A DNA stretch of 64,000 nucleotides from a virus. The translations under genes were made by a program, and so were the position numbers. The stretch lies in IMG/VR virus record IMGVR_UViG_3300025598_000021; one strand, written 5' to 3'. This document shows, in pieces, positions 7,776 to 16,947 of the stretch. The number at the start of each line of letters is the position of its first letter. Within the stretch, counting starts at the first letter, position 1. Under the pieces are notes generated by a model that saw only the letters and a list, made by a program, of their open reading frames with translations, did no database searches and was not told the origin of the DNA.

Positions 7776-8684
7776 ATGGACTTTAAGACGCTTAAATCAT
7801 CCTCCGGCAACAAGTCGCTAGAGGCTCTAACTTCAGAACTCAACAAGATCACAAACCAAGAAGGTGGCGGTAAGAAGGGCGACGATCGCTTCTGGTCACC
7901 TACGGTAGATAAGGCAGGTAACGGTTATGCTGTTATTCGTTTTCTCCCTGCTCCCCCTAATGAGGATGTACCTTTTGTACGAATCTTTGATCATGGCTTC
8001 CAGGGTCCGGGTGGATGGTACATCGAGAACTCGCTGACCACGATCGGTAAGCAGGATCCAGTATCTGAGTATAACTCAAAGCTCTGGAATTCAACCACAG
8101 ACGACAAGTCTCCAGAGCGCGAGCAGGCTCGTAAGCAGAAGCGCCGTCTGCACTTCGTATCAAACATCTACGTAGTCCAAGATCAGGCTAACCCAGCTAA
8201 CGAGGGCAAGGTGTTCCTCTACAAGTATGGTAAGAAGATCTTCGACAAGCTCAAGGAAGCAATGGAGCCTCAGTTCGAGGACGAGTCTCCAATGAACCCG
8301 TTCGATCTATGGGCGGGTGCACCGTTCAAGCTTAAGATTCGCCAGGTCGAGGGCTATCGCAACTACGACAAGTCCGAGTTTGATAAGCCGGGTCCGTTGT
8401 CGAAAGACGACGATATGCTCGAGAAGATCTGGAAGTCGGAACACTCGCTCCAGGATTTCTTGAAGCCAGAGAACTTCAAGAGCTACGAGGAGCTCAAGGC
8501 TAAGCTCGTTAAGGTACTATCCGGCGACGCGACGGCTAAGGTGAAGAAGGCTGAGGAGGAAGATGTTCCATGGGCTCGTGAAGAGTCCGCACCAACCTTC
8601 AAGGCGACTCACGCGCCTAAACACTCTGGCAGTGAGGACGATGACGACGAGAGCCTAGAGTTCTTTAAGTCACTCGCTGGCTAA
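7776..8684 (+). CDS. 32: Single-stranded DNA-binding protein gp32
   Basis: DDRFWSPTVDKAGNGYAVIRFLP, HGFQGPGGWYIENSLTT, acidic tail; AAGGAG SD favours the start at 7776. Confidence 0.97.
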   Translation: MDFKTLKSSSGNKSLEALTSELNKITNQEGGGKKGDDRFWSPTVDKAGNGYAVIRFLPAPPNEDVPFVRIFDHGFQGPGGWYIENSLTTIGKQDPVSEYNSKLWNSTTDDKSPEREQARKQKRRLHFVSNIYVVQDQANPANEGKVFLYKYGKKIFDKLKEAMEPQFEDESPMNPFDLWAGAPFKLKIRQVEGYRNYDKSEFDKPGPLSKDDDMLEKIWKSEHSLQDFLKPENFKSYEELKAKLVKVLSGDATAKVKKAEEEDVPWAREESAPTFKATHAPKHSGSEDDDDESLEFFKSLAG

Positions 8685-8693
8685 GATAAATTA

Positions 8694-8718
8694 GGGGAGC
8701 TTAAGCTCCCCTTTTTTT
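8694..8718. terminator. Rho-independent terminator between convergent genes
   Basis: GGGGAGC-TTAA-GCTCCCC followed by a T-run. Confidence 0.85.
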
Positions 8719-11170
8719 ATGCATATGAAGAACCTATCAGCAGATCTTTGATAGACCTTGCCCAGTCTGGAGCGGATGCAGGAGAGCGATCTGGTCCACC
8801 GGTACCGATGCCAAGATTCTCAGCGACGACCTTTGGAGTGTGTCGCGTCTGTTGAAACCCTTGGTTCAATACTGGCGCAGATCCGGGTATGTGCTTTCCG
8901 ACAGGGACATCAGCCATAGGAGCCGGCTCTAGATGCTTAGGTCTTATCGTTGGTTTTGGTATAGGCTTGTTGATATTATCTAATTCGTTCTGCGAAGGTC
9001 TAACAGGAGGAACTGGAACGTTGGCGACTACAGGCGGCGCCTGAACTTCAGCAGCCTCGGCTTCACCCATCCCAAACATATTACCAAACAGACCGCCGAG
9101 CAGCGGCATCGCCATGTTTAGTAACCCACTAAATCTTCCGGCGCCTGGGATCATACCCATCATTCCACCAAGCATTCCCATTCCACCCATACCAGGCATC
9201 ATGCCACCCATTCCCATTCCTGGAGTCATAGGCGAACGCGGACCTATTGGCGCTTGTATCGAAGGTGATGGGCTCGGGGTGGCTCCTACAGTTGGTGCTG
9301 GAGCTCCGGCTGATCCTGGAGTAGTGGCGCCGGCTTTAGAAGTTGGAGTAGACGTGGGTTCACCACCGCCTCCCGCCATTTCGATATGAACAGGATCGCC
9401 TCTGACAGGTCTAGCGAGACCGTACTTAGACAACAGTCCCATAGAGTCTAACTCTTGAGCCTGCTTCGTATTGACGTCTATCGCCAGTCCTCTCTCGTGC
9501 TTACTGGTACCGGGAGGCGCGACTGGATTAGGATTACTAAATCTATTAGCCCACAGTCTCTCCTGCTCTGCTCTTGATCTTAGACCAGAAGTGACGTTGA
9601 TGTATCTACCGGTCTTTTGAAAATACTCTGCAGCCGCTTTACCGAACGCTGTAGATAGAGACGAGTTGACTCCATCAAGAGACTTACCAACAAACGCTTT
9701 CTGCGTTGGTGATGCGTCCTGCTTGTTCTTTGTGTCTGAAGGCGTCGTGGCGCCAGTCGTTTCTGACGCTTTAGGAGTCTCAATACCCATCGCCTGCTCA
9801 GCGAATCTCTGACTCGCTCCATAGTGCTCTGCGCCGGGTCTTAAGAACCCGAATCCTTCTCTTGTAGATCCAGTAAATAGTCTAGAAGCTTCAGAAGCCG
9901 TCTTAGCCTGACGCAGTCTCTCTAGCTCTCCAGACTGAGACGTTCTTAACTCATGCGCTAGGAATTGGTAGTTGGCCTCGTCAGACGTTATGTCTAAACC
10001 TTTTTCCTTAGCGAAAGATTCGAACTCTCTTCTTCTAGGTCCGGTCCACTGCGCCCAACCATAACCGCCTCTGCCTGATCTAGGATTCTGCTCCTGCATG
10101 AGTCTAAAGCCGCCAGTCTCGGCTGCAAGACTACCAACGACACCGGCAGCCTGCTCTTTAGATATGCCAAAGTCTTTTTGGAGCCTTGCCATAATCGAAG
10201 GCGCCTTGTCTTTAAACGTGCCAGTTGCAGGTCCACCGGGACCCGTAGAGCCGGTTGAAGTAGTAAGATCAGTCTGCGGCGCCGGTTGGTCTCTTCTATC
10301 CCAAGGATTGACCTGCCCTCTTTTTCTCTGCTCTTCTGTTAGTTCGACACCGCCGTATCTAAAAGATCCTATGTCTTTTTGCAGCTGTGCGCGCCTGATG
10401 TCTTGTGATATCTCATTCTGACTCTTAGCTAGATGATGGCTCTCTTCGAACTCTTCTTTAGTCTTGCCGCCTAACATCGCCGGAATGCCGGTGCCGTACC
10501 AAGATCTTATCGCCTCGGTCAGTCCTGGTAGATTCTCTTGAGTCCAACCTATCTTTTTCTTTCCAGCCGAGAATATCTCACCGATGTTCTGACCGATATC
10601 GCTCTTGGTGAACTCCTTGATCTTTTCGTTTATGCCTGTGCCAATCTTAAGACCACCGTAGCCGGCGCCTGCAAATAATCCCATTCTGCCGAGCGTTGCT
10701 AGTTCTTTAAGAGCCTGCTGCTTAAACGAGAGTGCGTCTGCCTTTTCTCCTCTTCCGCCAACGCCAAGACCTTCGTTGTGCTTAATATCTCTATCAATCT
10801 TGTCAAGCTTTTCAACGAGCTCGTCGTCTTCGCGCTTCGTCAGTTTCTGAAGTTTCTGTACTTCGAGTAATAGCTTCTTTTGAATGTCTATTGAGTCAGT
10901 TAAGAGCTGCGTGGTAGACTTTTGAAGAGTACCGATACCGGTATCGATATTCTTCATCGCCTTCTCTATAGCGCCAAATGCAGCCTTCTGATCTTTAACG
11001 GCGCTAGATAGGTCTTTAAGAGACTTCATCGACGACGGATCCATAGCCTGAGCTGCTTTTCTAAAGTCGCTAGTCTTTATTGGATCTTTCTTAACGGCCT
11101 CTTCATAGGCCTCTCTTAAGGCCTGATTAGCCGATATGTCGCTGAATGGTATATTTCTCTTGGCTGCCAT
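8717..11170 (-). CDS. Baseplate hub/tape-measure-like protein with phage tail lysozyme and M15 (VanY-like) peptidase domains
   Basis: Helical N-terminus; QAAGVVGSLAAETGG...GYGWAQWTGPRR (tail lysozyme); VTSGLRSRAEQ...APPGTSKHERGLAIDV...DPVHIE (M15 zinc peptidase); follows gp26/gp51. Confidence 0.78.
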   Translation of the reverse strand: MAAKRNIPFSDISANQALREAYEEAVKKDPIKTSDFRKAAQAMDPSSMKSLKDLSSAVKDQKAAFGAIEKAMKNIDTGIGTLQKSTTQLLTDSIDIQKKLLLEVQKLQKLTKREDDELVEKLDKIDRDIKHNEGLGVGGRGEKADALSFKQQALKELATLGRMGLFAGAGYGGLKIGTGINEKIKEFTKSDIGQNIGEIFSAGKKKIGWTQENLPGLTEAIRSWYGTGIPAMLGGKTKEEFEESHHLAKSQNEISQDIRRAQLQKDIGSFRYGGVELTEEQRKRGQVNPWDRRDQPAPQTDLTTSTGSTGPGGPATGTFKDKAPSIMARLQKDFGISKEQAAGVVGSLAAETGGFRLMQEQNPRSGRGGYGWAQWTGPRRREFESFAKEKGLDITSDEANYQFLAHELRTSQSGELERLRQAKTASEASRLFTGSTREGFGFLRPGAEHYGASQRFAEQAMGIETPKASETTGATTPSDTKNKQDASPTQKAFVGKSLDGVNSSLSTAFGKAAAEYFQKTGRYINVTSGLRSRAEQERLWANRFSNPNPVAPPGTSKHERGLAIDVNTKQAQELDSMGLLSKYGLARPVRGDPVHIEMAGGGGEPTSTPTSKAGATTPGSAGAPAPTVGATPSPSPSIQAPIGPRSPMTPGMGMGGMMPGMGGMGMLGGMMGMIPGAGRFSGLLNMAMPLLGGLFGNMFGMGEAEAAEVQAPPVVANVPVPPVRPSQNELDNINKPIPKPTIRPKHLEPAPMADVPVGKHIPGSAPVLNQGFQQTRHTPKVVAENLGIGTGGPDRSPASAPDWARSIKDLLIGSSYA

Positions 11171-11173
11171 ATG

Positions 11174-11368
11174 TTACCTGTTCTGTAGACTCTTTTGTCT
11201 TTCTTCTTGATCTTTAATAAAGTTCACGAGCATAGTAACATAGACGTCTCTCTCAAAGGGCATAAGATTTTCAATCTCTGTGATTGAATATTTATGGTGC
11301 TGCGCCAAACTGAACACTGTCGAGAAGTAGTTGTCTAGTGTGTTGTGGTTTAGCGCAAGGTAAAAAAA
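11174..11368 (-). CDS. 51: gp51-like baseplate hub assembly segment, probably reached by -1 frameshift from gp26
   Basis: 64-codon frame FFYLALNHNTLDNYFSTVFSLAQHHKYSITEIENLMPFERDVYVTML...; no ATG before the conserved part; opens at a T7 run. Confidence 0.75.
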   Translation of the reverse strand, partial: FFYLALNHNTLDNYFSTVFSLAQHHKYSITEIENLMPFERDVYVTMLVNFIKDQEERQKSLQNR

Positions 11369-12060
11369 TCATTTAACGAGTTGAGTTCAATCTTTCTATC
11401 ATGTTCTAGCGAATTCTTATACTCGATGGTGTACTTGAGCTTTGGAATATTAAGAAGGAACTCTCTGATCTTATCGAAGGTCTTGATATCGAGATCTTCA
11501 AGGAACGTTCTAATATTCTCAAAAGTGTAGTCTTTCATCTCGTACACCGTCTCTTCTTCGTAGACCTTGTCGATGCAGCGAACGATTAGTTCAAAGATGT
11601 AGTCTTTATCGGCGCCGATCAGGTCCTTGTCGTCGTAGAGACTGGCCATAGGATACTTGAGCACTATGCCGGACGTCTTTGTGACCTCGATCTTGTTGTT
11701 GGTGTCTTTAGGAAATTCAATCTCTACGCTGTTCAGGTCCACCTCGAAGTCGTATACCTTCTCGTCCTCAGCGTCTTTATAAGATACCTTCACGACGTTG
11801 TCCACCGACATGGCTCTAAGCTTTAAGAACACGTACTCGAGATCAAAGATAGCGAGCTTGTCCACGTCGAACTTGTCGTCGACCGCGCAGTTGTTCACGA
11901 CCTGCTTGATCGCGTGGAGGATATCAGAAGGAGAATCACCTTCTTTAGCGATGAGTAGAATCTTCTCTTCTCTGACGAGAAATGGTCTGAACTTGAACGA
12001 CTTATTAAGCGAAGGTACTTTAATACTGTTAACAGGATAATTAAGTTTCGGTAGAGACAT
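11350..12060 (-). CDS. 26: Baseplate hub protein gp26
   Basis: MSLPKL...KFRPFLVREEKILL...FDLEYVFLKLRAMSV...NDFF. Confidence 0.88.
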   Translation of the reverse strand: MSLPKLNYPVNSIKVPSLNKSFKFRPFLVREEKILLIAKEGDSPSDILHAIKQVVNNCAVDDKFDVDKLAIFDLEYVFLKLRAMSVDNVVKVSYKDAEDEKVYDFEVDLNSVEIEFPKDTNNKIEVTKTSGIVLKYPMASLYDDKDLIGADKDYIFELIVRCIDKVYEEETVYEMKDYTFENIRTFLEDLDIKTFDKIREFLLNIPKLKYTIEYKNSLEHDRKIELNSLNDFFTLR

Positions 12061-12076
12061 ATTATACTCCAATCAT

Positions 12077-12781
12077 TTAACCAGTTGGTGTAGATCCATT
12101 CTGAGTAGCAGGAAATAATGTTGTAGGATTCTGAAGAGGTTGCGGTTGAGCCCCAACGATGTTAGAGCCGGCACCCATGATGGTGAACTCCTTGAAAGTA
12201 AATCCTACGGTGATTCTTAGCATGTTGTTGTTGTCACCCCATGCCAGCTGTGTGTCGTTGATAGAAACTGGAAACGCGTCATACATGTTGATGGTCTGAA
12301 TATCGTTTCCAATAACGTCGTATATCGTTATCGATATCTGAGTCGCGTAGTTATCTTTATATTCTAACTGATAAGAAGGAAGGCTGTTGAGCGCCCCTGA
12401 AGATCCACTAGCGTTGTCGTTGCCGGCAAAACCAAATATCGATCTAATCCAGAGATACCAGAAAGTCCAGATATCGCCATATCCGTCAGAGATGAAGGTT
12501 ATAACGTTGTCGGTGTAGTTAGCGTTGTACGGCATCGCCTGTCTAACACCCATACCGTAGCGATACGTGTCGTTGGTGAGTAGTGTGACGCCTGGCGCTT
12601 TGACCTGTTCTGCTCTAAAGGTGAGCAGGTTTGCTATACCACCCTGATTCACAGCGCCGTTCTGGTTTATGTTCATCTGGCCCTGCATGACGTCCGGGAC
12701 TGCTATGACCACCTTGAATCGATTTGTCTGCAGGTAGCCGTTACGAGCGAATCCGGACTTAAATGTGTCTATGTTAAACAT
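12077..12781 (-). CDS. Tail tube-fold protein (gp54-like tube initiator)
   Basis: NRFKVVI, VKAPG, DAFPVSI...L.W...ITVGFTF pattern; synteny between gp2 and gp26. Confidence 0.65.
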   Translation of the reverse strand: MFNIDTFKSGFARNGYLQTNRFKVVIAVPDVMQGQMNINQNGAVNQGGIANLLTFRAEQVKAPGVTLLTNDTYRYGMGVRQAMPYNANYTDNVITFISDGYGDIWTFWYLWIRSIFGFAGNDNASGSSGALNSLPSYQLEYKDNYATQISITIYDVIGNDIQTINMYDAFPVSINDTQLAWGDNNNMLRITVGFTFKEFTIMGAGSNIVGAQPQPLQNPTTLFPATQNGSTPTG

Positions 12782-13400
12782 GCGATTTACTTACCGATTC
12801 TTTATAAACTTGAGTTGCGCTGACAGAAATCTGAGAACCAGAGCTGGTAGTCTTAACAAACTTCTGTGTCGGAAGCATTAATGCTACATTCCACTCATCT
12901 GGCGCGATGTATAAGAAGTTAGATCTGACGTGGTTGAACAGGTACTTCTTAACGCACGGTCTAAAGAGATTAAATCTTGCAGACGTATTCAATATGTCGT
13001 ATGATATCTTCAGTTTAGTAGTCTTATCTTGCTTATCGTTATTTATTAGTGTAAACAGAGCGTCCATCAGTTTGGCCCTAGCCAACGGTGGTAGGTAGTG
13101 AAGGTTGATTCCTAGAAAACCGTCGTTGTGGTACTGGATAGGAAACACGAGCGGGTACACGTCGTAGTATGGAAGCTTGTCTTTGAGCTTTGGGTCGTAG
13201 GTAAACATGTACATCTTACCTATCGACGTCTCTGATAGCTTTACTAGTCTTTTGAATGGGCTTTTGGTGTTTAGTATCTCAGGCGTGTTGACGCGATTAA
13301 CGCCGAGCGCTAATTTTCTAAACCAATCGACCGAATTCTTCTGGTCTGACTGCAATTTAGCAGTAGACTGGTTTAATAGTTTTTGAAAGACTATGTCCAT
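12774..13400 (-). CDS. 2: DNA end protector gp2
   Basis: GKMYMFTYDPKLKDKLPYYDVYPLVF...GINLHYLPP; late promoter on the minus strand at 13426-13433. Confidence 0.93.
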   Translation of the reverse strand: MDIVFQKLLNQSTAKLQSDQKNSVDWFRKLALGVNRVNTPEILNTKSPFKRLVKLSETSIGKMYMFTYDPKLKDKLPYYDVYPLVFPIQYHNDGFLGINLHYLPPLARAKLMDALFTLINNDKQDKTTKLKISYDILNTSARFNLFRPCVKKYLFNHVRSNFLYIAPDEWNVALMLPTQKFVKTTSSGSQISVSATQVYKESVSKSHV

Positions 13401-13433
13401 TTAATTTCCAAAGTTAGATACATCATATTTATA

Positions 13434-13877
13434 TTAAAATTTGATACCCAGTTCTTTCTCTGTCAGTATGATAAACTCGTATCCTCTGTCCTTGCAGTAC
13501 TCCTCAGCCGCTTTCCACTTGGCTGAGTTCACGCCCCACGTCATCACCTCCTGTATGTATTTTCTAGACTTGCTCTCTTTGATCATCGGCGGCTGGGTCT
13601 GGGCGTGTGGCTTTACCTCTATCAATATAGTCCTAGTCCCGCCGTCCGGCTTCATGAGCTTGGCGCAGAAGTCGACAAAGTAGCGATGCCACCTGCCGTC
13701 GACTGGAGACTTATATGGTATTATTGTCTCTTCAGACTGCCACCATATGACTTTAGGATCGTCGTCTAGACGCGTCATCACCATGAGCTCCCACCGAGAG
13801 CGATACACAATATTTGTAGGATCGCCTTTATACTTCTGTGGATTCTTTGGTTTAAATTTTCCCTTGTATGTTCTCAT
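13434..13877 (-). CDS. 4: Head completion nuclease gp4
   Basis: YKGKFKPKNPQKYKGDPTNIVYRSRWE...HRYFVDF...IEVKP. Confidence 0.95.
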   Translation of the reverse strand: MRTYKGKFKPKNPQKYKGDPTNIVYRSRWELMVMTRLDDDPKVIWWQSEETIIPYKSPVDGRWHRYFVDFCAKLMKPDGGTRTILIEVKPHAQTQPPMIKESKSRKYIQEVMTWGVNSAKWKAAEEYCKDRGYEFIILTEKELGIKF

Positions 13878-13895
13878 TCTATCTCTCAGATACCA

Positions 13896-13903
13896 TATAA
13901 ATA
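13896..13903 (+). promoter_or_regulatory. T4-type late promoter of the baseplate operon
   Basis: TATAAATA in the divergent intergenic region. Confidence 0.8.
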
Positions 13904-13934
13904 ACTAATAAAATATTTAGTAGCAAGGAATATC

Positions 13935-14699
13935 ATGGCAGGAAATCCTCCTACAGCTCCATCGTATACAAACGCATCATATACATTTCCGAGTGATTTG
14001 GCTGACGACAGTAAGCAGTACTGGATGATGTTCTCGTTCTATGAGTATCAGAGATCAGATCTATCACAGGTCGCACAGCTTCAGTTTGCCGGTGGTGGTA
14101 CCAGCGTAGCGTTGCCAATGCCTGATAGAATAAACGACAATCCGACTATGAACTGGCAGTCTGAGAATCTAATAGACACCGCCGGTGATCTTGCGAGCAT
14201 GGTCGCGGACAAACTAGATCTAAGCACGGTATCTACTGCCCTCGGTGTGGGAGCTAAAGCGCAGAGCGTCGCTAGTTACTTTTCTGGCCAAGTAATTAAC
14301 CCATTTATGGTCATGCTGTTTAAGAGTCCAGAATTTAAAGACTTTCATTTTACTTGGCTCTTATCACCTAGAAATGAGAAAGAAAGTAGAGATCTCCAAA
14401 ACATAGTACAATCTTTTAGATACTACATGATGCCAGATTCTGGCATTGGAGCCGGAACACTAGGATCTAACGGCGCTACTCTCAAGTATCCGTATTTAGT
14501 CGTACCGCGTTTCTTTCCAGATAAGAATCTATTTGAAATGAAGCCGTGCGCCATTAGATCGGTAAACATAGACTATACAGGTGCTGGTATGCCGGCATTC
14601 TTTAGAAGCTCACAGGGTCCGGCGCAGGTAAGACTTACAGTCAACTTGACAGAAGTAGAGTACTGGATCAGAAGCGATATGCAGCCGCCATCAGGATAA
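13935..14699 (+). CDS. 48: Baseplate tail-tube cap gp48
   Basis: VINPFMVMLFKSPEFKDFHFTWLLSPRNEKES...CAIRSVNIDY. Confidence 0.8.
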   Translation: MAGNPPTAPSYTNASYTFPSDLADDSKQYWMMFSFYEYQRSDLSQVAQLQFAGGGTSVALPMPDRINDNPTMNWQSENLIDTAGDLASMVADKLDLSTVSTALGVGAKAQSVASYFSGQVINPFMVMLFKSPEFKDFHFTWLLSPRNEKESRDLQNIVQSFRYYMMPDSGIGAGTLGSNGATLKYPYLVVPRFFPDKNLFEMKPCAIRSVNIDYTGAGMPAFFRSSQGPAQVRLTVNLTEVEYWIRSDMQPPSG

Positions 14700-14708
14700 G
14701 GTAGTACA

Positions 14709-15677
14709 ATGCCGCAAAGATATTTTAGTATGTTTCCGACAACGACATACGCAAACAATAAAGTAGTAGACATTACCGAGCGCGTTGTATTTACAGACAA
14801 CACGCTGAAGAATCCTTACGTCTTCTATCCATACGATCTAAATGAGTACGAGAGACCGGATCAGTTTGCGAATAGGTACTACGACGACGCTTTCTACAGC
14901 TGGCTCCTGTACCTGTCTAACAACATGATCGATCCGTACTACAATTGGTATCTCACATATGATGAGTTTAACGCGTTCATCGTAGCAAAGTACGGCTCTA
15001 TAGAATCAGCGCAGTCCAGAATTAAATATTTTAGAAACAACTGGGCCGGAACTGACCCTATAAGCATTTCAGCTTACAACGCCCTTGCGCCTCAGGCTGT
15101 GAATTTCTGGGAGCCGCAGTACGGTCTAAATGGAAGCGTGATCAGCTACGTAAGAAAGCAAGAAGACGTAATCATAAACACGAACAGCATCGTGTCGTAC
15201 ACTCTTGATACCTCTTCTAACGCAAACGCGTTTATGATGGACGAGCTCTGCACGATTCAATTTAATACTAATCAGACCGGTACTGGACAGGTACTATTCG
15301 CTAATGGCAATAGTCTATATCTCCAGCACGTGTTTGGTTATGAGGTAGCTAACACTCTAGTGCAGTTCCCAGAGTCGTATGGAATTAAAGACGAACTTAA
15401 CGACTACATAACTGATGAGACGAGCGCCTATATCGTTCAAGAACAGCAGTACTATGGTCCTACATACATCTACGGACATCAGAGCGGCGCGAACATCGGA
15501 TTCACTGCCGCGGTGACACTAGTAAATAACTTTGACGACGCGACAGCTGCATACTTCTCGCCTGTCAACTACTACGACTATGAGAACGAAAAGAATGAGA
15601 GCAAGAAGACGCTGAACATTCTCGATAGCGCTTACGCTAAGACTGTAGCTCTAGATATAAAGGCTCTGTTGAAGTAA
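14709..15677 (+). CDS. 53: Baseplate wedge gp53 (extended)
   Basis: RYFSMFP...ERPDQFANRYYDD..YSWLLYLSNNMIDPYYNW...YENEKNESKK. Confidence 0.85.
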   Translation: MPQRYFSMFPTTTYANNKVVDITERVVFTDNTLKNPYVFYPYDLNEYERPDQFANRYYDDAFYSWLLYLSNNMIDPYYNWYLTYDEFNAFIVAKYGSIESAQSRIKYFRNNWAGTDPISISAYNALAPQAVNFWEPQYGLNGSVISYVRKQEDVIINTNSIVSYTLDTSSNANAFMMDELCTIQFNTNQTGTGQVLFANGNSLYLQHVFGYEVANTLVQFPESYGIKDELNDYITDETSAYIVQEQQYYGPTYIYGHQSGANIGFTAAVTLVNNFDDATAAYFSPVNYYDYENEKNESKKTLNILDSAYAKTVALDIKALLK

Positions 15678-15678
15678 C

Positions 15679-16947
15679 ATGGCATCATATACACCAGGTG
15701 ATATCGATATTCAAAAGTTTGAGATAAGTTCCGACAGAGGTACAATGGACTTCAACGGAAATGGAATAACTATACTCAGCTTTAATACTTATGAGAGCGT
15801 ACTAGACCATCATACGTATGCAGACGTGATCGTACTAGACTCGCAAGATATTCTTGGTCAAAACAAGCTCGCCGGCGATGAGAAGATAAAGATAAGCTTT
15901 AGCACTCCTGGTGGAGACTCACCCGCCAGCTTTAACTTTATGATGGTAGAGAACGCTAAGCTGCTACACACCGGCGCGATGAAGGCAAAGACATATGAGC
16001 TTCGTATGGTGTCTCCAGAGCTGCTCAAGGCTCAGAAGAACGTAGTCAATAAGAGCTACAACGATCAGACGTCGAACGTAGTCAAAGACATACTCAAGAA
16101 CTACACCGGCACTGAAGACGAGATAGACATCAGACAAGAGACTAACGGTAAGCAGATATTTCGTGCGAACAGCAAGAAGCCGTATGAGGTAATTAAGAAA
16201 TTAAGAAACCTACACGTGTCTCAAGACTATCAAAACGACGGATCTGCATTCGCACTCTATAAAGGAAGAAATCAGTCCGGCGATCAGGTTAACGTATTTA
16301 CTACGTTCAAGAAGATGATGGACGACGACATGGGTCTTGGATTTACGTACAAGCAGGACCCGACCGTCGGCAGCAAGACCACGTCAACGTCTGACGATTA
16401 TAAGAACATAATAAACTTCTACGTTCCTACGTCATTCTATACACCATTAAGATATAATTCTACACCTTCTCAGAGCGTGTACTGCGCCGCTTCAGGCAAG
16501 CAGGTAAAGAAAGACTTTACTAAGAATAATAACTTCCAACTGCCGACCGGACAGTCTCCAATATCTCAGCAGCAGGCGTCTGACGTCTCGTCTGTCACTG
16601 TTGAAGAGAAACCAATGGACGCGCACATAGCGTATGATAAGGCTAACGTTCCTAATCAGACATACATCGCAGAGTCCCTTCCATACAAACACGCGATGGC
16701 CGCAAGACTTACTAACGACAAGGGTTGGATGGAAGTGAACGGCAACTCTAAGATAACAGTAGGCCAGACATTTGACATAAATATACCGAATAAGTCTGCG
16801 TTCAGTGATGGTAACGCTGAGACTCAGATAACCGCGAAGGTTTTGGCTGTTAACGTTAGAAACAAAGTCAATCCCGCTGGATCAAAACCGCGTTGGACCA
16901 CGATAGTAGAGTTCATTAAAGCTGGGTTTGATGAGGGAGTTAGTTAA
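15679..16947 (+). CDS. Baseplate hub protein (gp27-like)
   Basis: Size and position between gp53 and gp5; YESVL and LAGDEKIKISF motifs. Confidence 0.6.
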   Translation: MASYTPGDIDIQKFEISSDRGTMDFNGNGITILSFNTYESVLDHHTYADVIVLDSQDILGQNKLAGDEKIKISFSTPGGDSPASFNFMMVENAKLLHTGAMKAKTYELRMVSPELLKAQKNVVNKSYNDQTSNVVKDILKNYTGTEDEIDIRQETNGKQIFRANSKKPYEVIKKLRNLHVSQDYQNDGSAFALYKGRNQSGDQVNVFTTFKKMMDDDMGLGFTYKQDPTVGSKTTSTSDDYKNIINFYVPTSFYTPLRYNSTPSQSVYCAASGKQVKKDFTKNNNFQLPTGQSPISQQQASDVSSVTVEEKPMDAHIAYDKANVPNQTYIAESLPYKHAMAARLTNDKGWMEVNGNSKITVGQTFDINIPNKSAFSDGNAETQITAKVLAVNVRNKVNPAGSKPRWTTIVEFIKAGFDEGVS

